DNA of 64,000 nt from positions 310,001 to 374,000 of the forward strand of contig NW_027191406.1 of the NCBI RefSeq assembly GCF_041146345.1. The letters run 5' to 3'. Shown one piece after another: positions 1 to 13,485 of this stretch (the stretch's first letter is position 1; each line of letters opens with the position of its first letter). The position numbers and the translations under genes were made by a program. Below the pieces are notes generated by a model. It was given only the letters and a program-made list of their open reading frames with translations, was not told the DNA's origin and did no database searches. The stretch is from Neodothiora populina (taxonomy: Eukaryota).

Positions 1-505
1 CTAGCACGAGAAGGTGACTGTTAACCTCGTGCTGTAGTACCTTTCGTCGGGGTACCTTCCCCAAGCTCGGCTAAAGCACTTAAGCTCTCGCTTGAGCCTC
101 ATTGGGACGGGGTACTGGGGAAAGTCGAGCGAGCGTGAACACTATGGTACTTGCTTGCGTTGAAAGTTTGTCCTAGCGCAGATGTATCTAGATTTTGTCC
201 GTGGCAATCCTGCAGTCTGCATACCGCATCAGAGCACTCTTACTCAGGTGTTGGAGACATTGTATTTCTCGGCCAAATTGCAAATTGCATAGGATCTATC
301 CAATTGCCTCGCCAGGCCTTGTTTGTTGTGCATCACCTTCCCAAGAAGCTCATTTGAAAATGCTGCTTAATTAACCAAACCAGTGCCATGTCAAGCAAAG
401 AGCATGCTCGCTCAGTCGATGATGTGGTGACAGCCGGACACATGTTACGCAAAATAAGAATGGCGAAACCTAGCGAATACGCATCGAGCTTGTCACCGGA
501 CTGTC

Positions 506-2529
506 CTACGGCCTGTAGATCCGCACTTTTTGTTTGATCCGTTTCCGACAAGCTGGGCAATTCGCGGGCATGCGAGGTCGCGTCCGGTCATGTTGCATAA
601 CCGGACTGTGTTGCTCGCTGCACCAAGAGCACATGACTAGATGGCCACAAGGTAGGCATGCTATGTCGGCAGTTTGTGTATAACAGATTTTGCAGTCCAG
701 CTTGACAGTCATGTCCTCGTCGTCTTGTGGCTCGGGACGTCCCGAGTCCTCTGTGTCGAGACCCAGAGTGAGTGGCTCCTCGTCGTCTTCTGCTTCATCC
801 GGCCCAGCGTAATCAAATGGCGGTGACGAGGAATTGGCAGAACCAAGACGTCGGTAGAAATCGATGATACTACGTGGTGCACTTCCCTCCAGGACTTGTG
901 CTGTCCCGTTCTCTCGCATTCTAGCAATGATTGCTGTGCGTTCTGGCTCGGGGGTAGTACGGAGGAGATGCTCCAGGTGGTTCGGTGGCCGCGGTATGTC
1001 CAGCGAGTCGGTTGTCTCTATTCTGTTTGCGTCTTCAGCAGCCCCAGCGGGTGAGGCAGGCTGCGTCCAGTCCTGTAGACGAAGCATGGTGAAATATTCG
1101 TTCAAGTGGTCTTCATATGTCGAATTCGCCCCTGGTACGAGCTCTCCATTGATTGAAGTAAGCTGCTCCTGATCCTGCGTGGGTACAAGGTTACGCTCTT
1201 CACGTCTGACTTCCTCGGCCACTCTGAATCGATCCCATGCTCTAGAGAACATGCCTGCGATCGGACTAACATATTCGGAACCCTGGTTCTCCATGTCATC
1301 ACGAGCGCCAAACACGCGGCGATAATTCTCCGCCGTGCGCTGCTCGCGACGAAGCTGGGAGACTTGAGCTCGATGATCAGCCAGATCTAGATCAGCAACG
1401 TTCAGTAAATCCGAAGCCTCGTCTCGGTTGTGGCGAGCCTCGTTGTAAGCGTGCTGCGCAGTGACAAACTCCTCGGACACCTGGTCTCGATAGCGCTGAG
1501 CCTGTTCCAGGTGGGTCTGTGCCACATCGAGCCGTTGTTGTGCGTCTGTCAAAAATCGATCCCGATATACGCCACCAACAGGAGGCGCAGGAGTGTCTCG
1601 GACGGCTACATCTCCTTCGGAAGGCTCGGCGCCTTCCATATCGTCTAGTGTTCTGCCCAAGCTAACCAGCCTTCCTGTAGCCTCGGTCGGATCAGGCACA
1701 AGCTCGCCCAGGTCCCTCAACCCAGAAATAACACGCTCGATTCCATTGCGCATGCGATGCAGCTCTCTGCGTAAAGCTGTGATACGGCGATTCTGGTATT
1801 CTCTGTTGCGGGAACCCGTGAATTGCATGGCCTGTCCTGCGATCCTCATAGCTTGGGCTCTGGACGGTGGAGCTATGAGCGACCTTGAGGTGTCCGGCGA
1901 CGACGAGACCTCCTCTGCGGCGGCATCCTCAAACATTTGGTCTAGTTCAGCATCTAGTGATGGACCAGTCTCTGCGGCGACGCTCGGTAGATCTATGTGT
2001 TGACGTTCATCTGCCAGACTACGCTCGTGTCCAGCCCGTAACTCGTCGAGTGTGCGAGGCAAGTGGCCAGGAGAGACATCCCTGAATGGCTCGCCCAGCA
2101 CAGCAGCTCTTTCTTCGGATCCGTCGTCCTTTGTGATGAGACGGTATCCTCTATGGAACTCATACCATCGTTCGAGAAAGTCGGTTTGGTCTGGTACTTC
2201 CGGTATCCGAGTTTGTGAGGGTCGAAGATCTGTTGCAGCCACGCGATTCTCCCAGAACTCTGGCTCATCATTTCGTGTCAGTACCGTGGCCTGCTGAGAA
2301 TCAAAGAACGGAGACATGTATTACCCTTACAGAACCAGCAGTACCGCTGCCATCTTGTGCCTCTGGGTACAAAGCCGACGCCGTCGATGTATGTCGAGTA
2401 AGAAGGCGCATGCGCTCGTTCGTCGGCACAAGCGCAACACTGGGGGATAGATGTCAAGCGGCAACTCGTGGGCAACTTGTGATCACAGAAGCCCGGCAGA
2501 CGCTCAACATCTGCAGTCAGAGTGCCCAT
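506..2529 (-). CDS. C-terminal RING-finger (C3HC4, IAP-like) protein, putative E3 ligase, with coiled-coil middle and Cys/His-rich N-terminus
   Basis: C-terminal CKIC...CLPCGHLVMCSWC...CPACR. Exon 1 is 2529-2325 (MGTL...CDH...CCAC...YCWFCK). Intron 2324-2260 (GTAATA...CTGAC...CAG) joins in frame to give CKE-FWENR. Confidence 0.8.
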
Positions 2530-3074
2530 CACTAAGTGAGAATGTCGCCACGTTGGGACGATTGACTGGACGAACTTCTGGAAATCGATCAATGCATCCA
2601 AGCGAACAAGGGACAGTGCACCTGATTCCAAAGCATCAAGTCAGACTCGAACTACAAATCAAAGGGTATGCACATATATGCAAGATAAGGTAACGTGATC
2701 TAGACACAAGTTCTGTGTCTCGAAGTCATAATGTGAAACTTGGGTGGATGCGATTACGGGGGTATGACTCGATCGACTAGCCCATGACTCTGCCTCTGCA
2801 GCTAAAATCCGACACGCCGAGTCTGGGGGAAACAAACGGCGACTTCTGGCTGTAGACAAAGCGTACCTTATGTTTGGGTTGCTTTGGGGTAAACACATAA
2901 TACGGAGTGTCGAGCGAATTCTTCGGTGTACTATATTTTCATATGCAGTAGCCAAGTCAGGGCAAGATATCGTCAGCAATACTCTCCCTCAAGCTTGGAA
3001 GCAGACCAACACATTACACTCCATCACGAATTGGCGACTTTCGGAGTCAGGGGATCTCGCCCGGGGGTCATGCA

Positions 3075-5925
3075 ATGGACTTTGTATGTTTCAATGATGA
3101 CGGCGAGAAAGGCCGTTTGCTCATGTCCACTTGGCTGACAACCCGTCTGTCCCGACTAGTGGTCGCGACTGATAGGCAATGCAGGCAAGCACAAGCATTC
3201 CTCTTCCCAAGCGAGCACTCCTCAGCAGCGTCTGCAGCGCTTCAGACGAGCCTACAATCCAATTCTGGTAATTGATGTATCCGAGCAACCTTTGCACCTC
3301 TACCAGCCGCTGAGATCAGACAGCAACTATGTAGTCGACCACAAGTCACCGCCGCCAGTGGCCCTGCCCTCGACCAACTGCGCGTATCATTACAGCGTAT
3401 TGTTATAATCCTTCGCGAGGAAGGTCGTACGCCGGCTCCTCATTTATGTCTCTCCTTTGCAGCCTCCGCTCAGGTCTATAGCGTTATTGCTCGCGCTGCT
3501 GCTACTTCGCACAATGAAGCTGTTGTGCGCGAGGCCATTTCCATCTTTTCTATGCTCGTTGACAGCGAAGAAGAGCATTTTTTATCCTCGACTGTATTCT
3601 CCAAGTCCCTGATACGTTTTGTCACTCGTGTCACCGCATCCTCCTCTATCGGAGATGATGCTGAAACCGAGCTCATCGAGGTTCTCTTTGGTGTTGCTGC
3701 TAAACTCCGCGTACAGCCTGACATTCTACCGGTCTGGTTCCATGCCTCTGTCCGTCCACCTGTACAAGAGACCGCCCGAGGGGAGAAGAAGTCTTTCGCC
3801 GGCACCACGCAGAAGGATGATTTCCCCTTGTGTTATCTTCTAATAGACCGCGTCCATCATGAAGGTCGCATTGGCGACTTCGCTCGCACCGGGCTGTTAT
3901 ACATATTCGAGGCTGTTTCTCATTCGACCGACCTGGAGAACTGGCTTGTCAGCAGCGATATTCCAACCCTCATGGCGTCTGGCTTGGGTGCTCTTTACAG
4001 TCAATTGAGCAGAGAACTATCCATAAGACACGACATCGATCGCATGCCTCTGATGCTCGCGTTATCCGACTATGCTGAGATGCCGGCTCGCGCGGACGCA
4101 GAAAACATCTTTTCTACATCGCACATCAACCACCTTTCAACCTTCCTCTCTCACCTGGCATTCTGGCAAGACGTTCTGGAACATTGCAAATCAGCCCTTG
4201 TGAAACAAACACTTCTCGATCACTTCCAAATACTTTTCTTGCAGCAGCTATTGTAAGTTCTACAGTGTCCTCGTTCTGTTGCTATTGCTGATCTAAGACG
4301 CCTAAAGATATCCTTCATTGCTCCAATCATCCGACACCGATGGAGGCTCCTCCGTAGCAGTCCTGACATATCTTGCAAACACCCTCGAGGCGCTGGATCA
4401 TCCCGACCTTGTGCGCATGATCCTTCAGTATCTTCTCGCTATACAAGCTCCGAAGCCGTCCACGCACCCGAGTACCGACGCGGCGGCTAGAAGGCAGAGT
4501 TCATTGCAGCTCCTTGACAACATTGCAAGTGACGAAGAAAAGGTCGACCCTAACCTGTTCAGCCTTGTGGATTTAATTCTGAATGGTATAAGATCTCGCA
4601 ACCCACAGACCACAGTCTCGGCTCTGAAACTCTCATCGGTCTTGCTCAATCGGCACACTGACTATGCACTGACTACACTTGTCAAGACGGAGCCTGTTTC
4701 CGTCACTACTGAACGTAGGACTGCAGGGGCTCTGGCCCACGAATCTGAGGCGTTGATGAACATTGCTGTTATTCTGGGCTATAAAGAAAGCTTGGATGAT
4801 GCATATACGACCGCTCTGCAGGATGTTATCTCTCCATTGGAAGTGCAAGCGGTGCGCAGAAGTCAGGAGAAGAACAATGCACAGACCGAACCCCAGCATA
4901 CCCCGATTCCTATGCGAATCCTCATCAACGATCCATTTCTTTCCGCCATTTCGGATCTCTTCAGCTCTTTTTTCACAAATAATGTCGATGTGAATTTGTC
5001 ACTGACAGAGGCAGTTGTACAATTGGCATTGCGCTCTCAGATATCCTTAGACGGCTGGCTTGCCGCGGCTCCCTCGAGTTATCGATTCAATGAGGAAGAT
5101 AGTGGAAGCCAAGTGTTTGATGAACGTTTCCTGGACGAAGAGGAAGCTTTAGCACTCAGAAAATTGCAGCAAGCTCATCGGCGTCCGCTGAGGATCGAGA
5201 GCCAGGCGCCTGTTCTTCCAGCTCTGCTCGAACGCTTGCAGGCGTCGATCGATCGTATGCGTGATTCGATCACGAACCTCGATACACTGATCACAAAACG
5301 GATCGAGATACTTAGTGGTGTGGAGAAGGACGAGCATCCACTCCCGATTGAGTCACGCGCCCCAAGCCGAATGTCATCTGATGCTGGCAACGATAACGCC
5401 AGATTGCAGCGACTGAGTGAATCCAAGCAGATTCAACGTCTCAAATCTGCATCAATTGCAAGCTCTCGTGTGTCGTCCCCCACCAAATCCCCCACGCCCT
5501 CGCGAAGCCATGATATCACCAGGGCCAAGTCGCCTTCACGTGGCGGTGAATCTCCCGCTAGACCTCCACTAAAGCCCGACTCTGGACGCTTGTCCCATGG
5601 CGTCTTCTTACCACCACCTCCTGATTCGATCGACGAAGGAGGACAGCCACCGATTTCTGGACCTCTGACGAACAGTTATGCGCACGAAGCCGAGATTCTC
5701 CAGCGTAGGCTCATGTTCCATCGGCGGACAAGTGACTACGGTGGAGTCTTCCAATACGCAACAGACTTTGCCAAAACTTACACGAAGAACACCGGCTTTG
5801 AGGCCAGAGAAGCCAGCGCTAGCCATGTGCTAACCAACATTGTGATTCTGCACTTTTTCGTGCTTGAGCTTGTTGCCGTGTTGCAGACACGGGCGATCAT
5901 GTTCGATGAAGTCACGTTTTCGTAG
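3075..5925 (+). CDS. Retinoic acid induced 16-like / FHIP (FAM160) family protein, component of the FTS-Hook-FHIP complex
   Basis: Spliced N-terminus MDF|WSRLIG. Motifs DFPLCYLLIDRVHHEGRIGDFARTGLLYI and HVLTNIVILHFFVLEL. Introns 3084-3159, 3268-3323 and 4253-4307. Confidence 0.85.
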
Positions 5926-7320
5926 CGTTGATAGTGTAGTAAATGTAGGCATGAAACGATAGCTGCTCGCATGCAACAGCGCAATCCATAATCCACAGAA
6001 CGCATTCTGGTTGAACTCTGGACTCTCATGCTATCAATGGCGTAAGACGAAGACAGCGACACATGGGAGCCACAGGCAGACTCTTAAAAACCATCAATAG
6101 TCTACTTCGCTCTGTCATACATATCATAAGAGGGTCGCGGCCATCTTACCGCGTGGCATCTGTGACCTTCTCGAGGTACTTGCCTGTTATTCTCGTTGCA
6201 TGTTGCACAGCATTAGTCAAAATCGCAGATCTATAACAAGACCTCAAAGACTGGAAGACGAAGGATGTTTAATAGGTTGCGAGGCGCATCACTAGGCGGA
6301 GCTCGCTCCTTGGTATCACTGGCTCAAATTATATCCAATGATCTCCTACATGCCCAGTCACCACATCCTCCCGCTGCCTTTTTTTCTAAATTGGACTGGA
6401 TATTGCCTTTACCGAAGCCACAACATATACGCCTTGAGATGTCTTCGATGATGTCCTCGAATCTATCTCAATCCTTCGTTCCCCGGTGAAGATGGTCTGA
6501 ATCATGGTACAATACACTAAGCTGATAGCTGATGCCTATGATAACGTAAGGTCATCGTCGTAAGGTTGATCTCGTGAATGAATCCTTGAGGAGGAACTGT
6601 GCGTTCCTGTCGAACTTCATGGAGTATCTCAAATGCCTCACACCCTGGTGCAATGCATGTATATGTAGGTACTCAACTTGCGATCGCATGAGTAAGATCA
6701 GGCGATTGCCTGGTTACCTAGTGTAATTAGCCTTGCTGCATTTTGTCCCACACCATGCCTTCTTATCGCTTCTTGCATGAACAAACATAACATTGAATGG
6801 CGCTCCCAAATGGATGCGTTTGGCATTCTCAGAGCAGGTCCGTATATGAACATGGCAGGATTTCCATTACTTGAAGGTGAGAACCACTTTATGTACAGTG
6901 AGCTGGCTTACAGGGTGTAGCTAGCAGGTAGCAATCGTGCTTTGCGTAGAAGCTAGCTGGTAGTACACAATTGGTAATTACTGGAAGCGCAAAAAGCGGA
7001 GAGGACGCCTTGTTTTAACACCCCACCCCGGCGTCCATGAGCAAGCTAATCAAACGAATTAGAAGTGAGTATGGTTGCCTGAATTGCCTTGTATAGATAG
7101 TAAAGGATATATGGTCTGTCTCTTCCACTATCAGATCCGTTCTGAGGTGAGTAGCATTGTTTGTTGTCCATCCTTGTGTGGCAATGCTTCACCGCCGGAC
7201 GTTCGCTGATATCCTAAGTCTACTGTTGCGACACTTCTTCATCATAGATCATTTGGCAGAGTACTCGATACATGTCTCTGCTAGAGGAAATCGCAATCTC
7301 CAAAGTTCAAATTGTTCCTG

Positions 7321-9642
7321 ATGATGGAACATGATGCATCGGATGTCGTCAGCCTCACTCTACAACCAAAGTCCGCGCATCTTGCCGCTTGCGAAACGTA
7401 TCCATGTCGCGATCTGGCTACACGTGGACCGCCAAGCCCGGCGTACAACACATATTGCAAGAAACAACACAGTTACGCTAATAGCTACAACACGACATTA
7501 AATCGACATGAAAAGATGTATGTGCGCAGATCCGGCCTTGCTTAAGCGTTCTTTCCTGGATTTCCCTTTGATGGAATAGCTGATGACAAGGTAGCCCGGA
7601 GCACTGCAAGGTTATGAATAACCCGGCTGGAGAACAAAATGCCAGAGCAACGAATTCAGATCCCAGGTCTCGTCGTGAGCGGGTTCTGTGCCTGAATTCT
7701 TACAGGAATTCAGAACGGGAGACACATTCCGGCCTGGTTGAAGCAGAGTGCGATTCGTCCTCTGCAGGTCGAAATTTACCAACGCCTGCGCCTTCCTCAT
7801 CTCCATTGCCTGGGAAGAAACGATCTGCGACATCTGACGTTGAATTTCCAGCAAACGGATTGAGGCAATTGGGGACATGTAATGCGAAGCCTGCACCATC
7901 TTCACCGACAAAGGAGGCAAAGCGTGTACGCACGGAACCCGACAATGTACCTGCTACTCCGGAATCTGCAACTCACCCAGACACACTGGCTCAAGCGCGG
8001 TACTCGGGAATCTTGTCTCAACCGAATTCACGGCCGATCACAAGTAAGCAATTGGAAGGTGAGATAAGGAAGATTTACAAGGATCTGGTCGCTGTAGAGG
8101 CCAAATGTATCAGCCTTGATGAAGCAGAGCTCGCCAACGACAGCAAATGTATAACATCGCAAGAACGTGAGAAATGGCAGGCAATGATGGCCCTGCACCG
8201 AACACTACTGTACGAACATCATGATTTTCTTTCTGCATCACAACATCCTGCGGCGGACGAGTCGCTTAAAAGACTGGCTCTAAAATATCACATGCCAGCT
8301 CGTATGTGGAAGTATGGCATACACTCGTTTCTGGAAGTACTGCGTCGACGCCTCCCAGATTCGATGGACTACATGCTTCAATTTAATTACATGGCATATC
8401 AAATGATTGCTCTACTGTACGAGACAGTGGTGGCTTTTAAGCCGACGTGGATAGAGTGCTTGGGAGACCTGGCACGGTACAGAATGGCTATAGAAGATGG
8501 CAATCAGAGGGACAGAGATATCTGGGGGGAAGTTGCTCGCTCTTGGTATTCCACTGCCTCAGACATAAGTCCTGACACTGGCCGCCTATATCACCATCTC
8601 GGCATATTGGCCCGACCGAACGCGGTGGAGCAGCTCTCCCTTTATTGTCGATCACTGATTTGCGTTTCACCATTCCAGAACGCGCACGAATCTCTCTCGA
8701 ATCTCCTAACATCTGCTCTTAGTCCCGAAAAGGCTGGACGTACTGTCCTCTGCATCCACGAGCTAGATGCGACATTCATCCATATTCATGCTGCAATGTA
8801 CACGCAGCTTGCTCAGAAAGCCGAAAAGTCTGTTTCGTTCGAGGACGTTTACGAGAAACAGGGTATGTACATCGCAGGACTTGCGGGGCAGATTGATTAC
8901 CTCGGGGAGCGGTGGAAGAAGCACGGTGTATGCATTGCTATTGCTAACATCGCAGCATGCCTTGGCTATGGCGATGAGGGAACCGACAACCCTATATTGG
9001 CAGCATTGACGTCTCTTTCGGATGCTACAGAAAGTGTTCAACTCTCGGACAGCGATTGGTCCAGCTTGATGCAAGCTACCGGTCTACTTTTCTCGGTCCT
9101 TGCGGTAGCTCTCAGCCGCAAAGCCGACTTTACGGTTCTGCCACATGTCCACGTGCTCCTTGTCTTTATACGCGGCGTTGTGTCTCTTTCCTTTGGGTCA
9201 GCACCATATCTGCAAACCTTTGTTGATCTAGTTCCATGGCTGGAACTTGGAGCATTTCTTAATAGCTTTCCTCGACCAGACACGATATCCGAGGATGTGC
9301 TTGATGCAGCTGATCTCCGAGCTGTCGAGCGTCGTGCCTGCCCGCTATTCGAAGACTACTCACTCAGAGGGGCTGTCTGGGGACGTAACTATCTCGCCGA
9401 GAAATGGTTCACAAATTCTTCCGACGACAGTACTGGTGAGGTTGAGGAACTGAGCGCCAATGATACAAGACTCCAAAGGGTCTTGTGGCTGGGCGTCTCG
9501 ATATCCAAGGTTTGTGGTGTCTTTTGCACTCTTTCTGCAAAGCCGGAAACTCAAGCTAAATGTGAAATTATAGCGAGTCAATCACCTCCGTTTCAATGCT
9601 GATAGCATGACCTTCATCGACGGCCATAGATACAGCCAATAG
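7321..9642 (+). CDS. Est1/SMG5-7-like DNA/RNA-binding (TPR-like) domain protein; start uncertain
   Basis: Motifs WQAMMALHRTLLYEHHDF, WIECLGDLARYRMAIED, GRLYHHLGILA and PLFEDYSLRG. In-frame intron 7518-7594 links the 7312 ORF to the main ORF. Intron 9510-9573 gives a stop at 9640-9642. Confidence 0.75.
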
Positions 9643-11564
9643 ATACTGCAAGCCTACCTCAGGTAGACAACCTATATTCGTCAATGACACAAAATGGCCA
9701 GATAACATGGCGTGGGGCAAGGGATATGTGCAGCCTCCACAGACTCCCTGAAACCAGTTAGATCTGGAAGTTGAGAGACCGCCGAATAATTCCTACTCGC
9801 GGCAAGAAGGCAGCCGCTATGTGCGTCAATGAATTCCCAGGCCATAATCGCAAGACGTGACAGGGCGAGCCGGCAGTGCAATGGGAAACTCATTACGAAT
9901 CACATTCACAATATGTCACATCCACAGCACGCGGCGACATACCACGACAAAATGCTCGTAAGCATAAACTTATCACGATCGTCTGCTCGGTCGATCTATC
10001 TCTTCTGAGAGTGCTCGGTTCTTCAACATGAATTACTAAAAGTCTTTATCAAAATAAACATCAAAATCAATTAGCTGCATTGCTACAACTATATGAATGA
10101 TCAAATCGCAATGCTGATGGAAAGTGCTTATGTTGACAAGATCTGGCTGCCATATGACACAGATGGATGCCTGATGGGGACTGTATCGACACGGAGATTA
10201 CCAACGTGGTGGGACAGATGTTGTAGAGAAATTCATTGCTCCATTTAGAAGCTGGTGCTGAGACTCTGGGGCCCGCTAGTATCAACGTATAGTACTGTAA
10301 GGGCGAACGACAACAAGAGGCTCGATTGCCCGACTGTTTCGGGAGTCAAGGTATATCTGCAATTTGTAGTGACACTTCCCTCGTCGGTGAGATAGATCCT
10401 GCTCAGTGTCAAAAAATGGACTGCACAGTGCATATGCCGGGGTCAAATATCAAATCACCAATGCATATGACCATCGATCGAGGCCCGAGACCTGGTCAAG
10501 CTACGTGGTGGCATGGTGAGGTGGCTGGTCTCAAAGCGTTTGGCGCGGGGAAAAGCAAATAAGGCTCGATAGCTTGTTCGTCATCGCAACCGAACAGGTC
10601 TTTAGCGTTTGCCCATCGAGGATCACGGTGGGCTTAATAGTAAGACGACGAAGCAGGAAGATCTCTATGATTGTAACAAGCTTATCGCCCAAGGTGATCA
10701 TGTCGGGCTAATTCGTTCTTATTTTGATCATCACTCCAGATTGCAGCATTGCAACCAGAGCAGACGGAAGCCCTTGGAGAGCGACTGATCTCGTCACACA
10801 ACAGTAATCACCAGCTTTCTCATACTGTATCGTGGTGTGGAGAGACCGAATGGCTTTGTCTAAATTCGGAAAGTCAATAACATCGTTCACGGATTGAGCA
10901 TTTCAGCGATCATACCTCATCAGTGCACACTCACGCATACGGCGCAGACAAGGATAATCTGGACCCATTTTTGCATTAATCCGCACGCCTTCGTACCGCA
11001 ACGCTTGGTGAGCCGTTTGCGAATTGTGGGCACTAGCAGACGGGTCTCAGTATTGGCCCTATCTTGTACAAAGGTATTGCTCAGTACCCCAAGTTAAGCG
11101 GCGTACTCAGCATCTGTACAATATCGCACAGTACGGAGCTGTTGCGCTAGAGGACTCGGGGCAATCGCATCACGTTGGCTCACCCTCGAAATTGTGTTTC
11201 CCAATCTTCAGTCCATCGTTCGTCCATTCCTGCCCAGCTATAGCTTCTGTACGGTACAGCTTCAGCTCATCGCTGTCATATTGGCGGCTGTACTCCTGCA
11301 CCCATCTCCACACTTTGCTTGTCTCCTCGCTTTACGCTATCTCTCGATCTCGCGCTCCGTCTGCAGTAACTGTACTGTACTGTATCTGTACCTGTACCCA
11401 CCACCACTTGCATCAAAGTAGCCAGAGCAGCAACGGAGCCGATCTCTGAGCGGGGCACGCGTGGTCTTCCTATCTCGCCCAGAAAAACCTCTATTGTCTT
11501 TCTGTCATCTCTCCCTTGCACTTCCGATCCTGTCGTGTACTAGTGAAGGCTTAAGCCATTCCTA

Positions 11565-13457
11565 ATGCCTTCCCTTGGCTTTCTCAAGAAGAAGAGGACC
11601 AAAGACGATCTCAATTCGCCGGCCTCTCCCACCAAGCTTGCTTCGTCCACAACAAAGGACTCTGCTACCTCATCCACCATCACCCCTACCCTGTCCAGGA
11701 ACACGGCTGCCACCAGCAACAATAACAACAATAACAACAGCACCAGCACCAGCACCAGCAGCAATATTCCCATCTCCAACAGCACAGCCTCTAATTCTGC
11801 CGACATCACCAAGCCTTCTAGCTCTGTCAATTCCAACACCAACAACATCGCGTTCGGTGGTGCCGCTCCCGCCGCCTCCACCTTTGGCAACACCAACCCC
11901 GTCAGCACCACTACGCCCGCATTCAACAACAGCGGTGGTGCCGTCAACGAGTTGACCCCGCCCAGTACTGCAGATAGCACCAAAGTCGAGCAATCGGCAC
12001 CACTCACCGATTCAATGCAGACCGGAAACTACCAACAACAGCAGCAGCAGCAGCAGCAGTACACGTCGCAACAGCAATACCAGCAAACCCCGTCTGCGCC
12101 GTCATCGCAAAATGCCGCCAGCATCCATAACATCATAAACCCTCCGTCACGCAACGACACTGCGCATACATCCAATGGTGCAGCCAGCAGCCCAATGCCC
12201 AGTCACCCTGCCTCTAACCCTATCAGAGAGACAAAGGGCAAATACACTCTCAGCGATTTCACCATCAGCAGAACACTCGGAACCGGAAGTTTTGGCAGAG
12301 TGCATCTGGTTCAATCCAAGCACAACCAGCGTTTCTATGCCGTCAAGGTGTTGAAGAAGGCTCAAGTCGTCAAGATGAAGCAGGTCGAGCACACCAATGA
12401 CGAGCGACGCATGCTGCAAAAGGTCAAACATCCTTTCCTCATCACATTGTGGGGCACGTTCCAGGACTCCAAAAATCTATACATGGTCATGGATTTCATA
12501 GAGGGCGGCGAGCTGTTCAGCCTTCTTCGAAAGTCACAGGTAAGTCAATCAAGCATCCACCTCGGACTGGGTGTTAATTTGGGCGAGACCAAGACCCACA
12601 TCGGTCTTCTCGACTTTGCGATGGCATCGGCTAATCTTTTTATCACCACAGCGCTTTCCCAATCCCGTCGCAAAGTTCTATGCTGCCGAGGTCACACTCG
12701 CATTGGACTACTTGCATTCGCTCAACATCATATATCGCGATCTTAAGCCCGAGAACCTTCTCCTCGACAGACACGGTCATCTGAAGATTACTGATTTCGG
12801 TTTTGCCAAAGAGGTTCCAGATATCACCTGGACCCTTTGCGGAACACCAGATTACCTCGCTCCCGAAGTCGTCTCATCGAAAGGATACAACAAGTCTGTC
12901 GACTGGTGAGTTCATTCGCATATCGCTCTTCTCGTTTCCAATCGCTCCCATTCGATCTACACGAGTCAACGCCTAATCTGTGCGCTTCTTCCAGGTGGTC
13001 ACTAGGTATCCTCATCTTCGAGATGTTGTGTGGATTCACGCCGTTCTGGGATTCAGGAAGTCCGCTGAAAATCTACGAGAACATCCTTCGAGGCAGAGTA
13101 AAGTACCCCCCCTACGTGCATCCCGATGCGCAAGATCTGTTGAGTAAGCTCATCACCCACGACCTTACGAAGCGTCTCGGTAACCTGCACGGTGGCAGCA
13201 AAGATGTCATGCAACACCCGTGGTTCGCTGAGGTCACGTGGGAGAGATTAGCAAAGAAGGATATCGACGCACCTTACGTGCCTCCTGTGCGCGGCGGCCA
13301 AGGTGATGCCAGCCTCTTTGACAAATATCCCGAAGAGACAGAAGCCTATGGCAACATGGGCGAGGACTCGTAAGTTCAAGGCTTCCCTGCTAGTTTATCA
13401 TGATCTTCGCTAACGAATCGACCTCACAGACATGGTCGACTCTTCCCTGGTTTCTAG
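11565..13457 (+). CDS. pkaC: cAMP-dependent protein kinase catalytic subunit
   Basis: [31 protein letters not shown] and C-terminal FPGF (FxxF). Introns 12540-12651, 12906-12994 and 13370-13429. N/S/T/Q-rich N-terminus. Confidence 0.95.
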
Positions 13458-13485
13458 ATTTGTGGCTCATGAGCGCGAATACGAA

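Noticed and set aside
117..500. RNase P/MRP RNA, suggested by GGAAAGTC after a long hairpin
   Set aside because: No downstream CR-V strand forms a proper P4 helix with it. Kept only as an unidentified structured region.
11540..12007. Long antisense or alternative-frame ORFs over real genes (here and at 17801, 26352, 30161, 38132)
   Set aside because: They are shadows of codon bias and low-complexity sequence in the true CDS.
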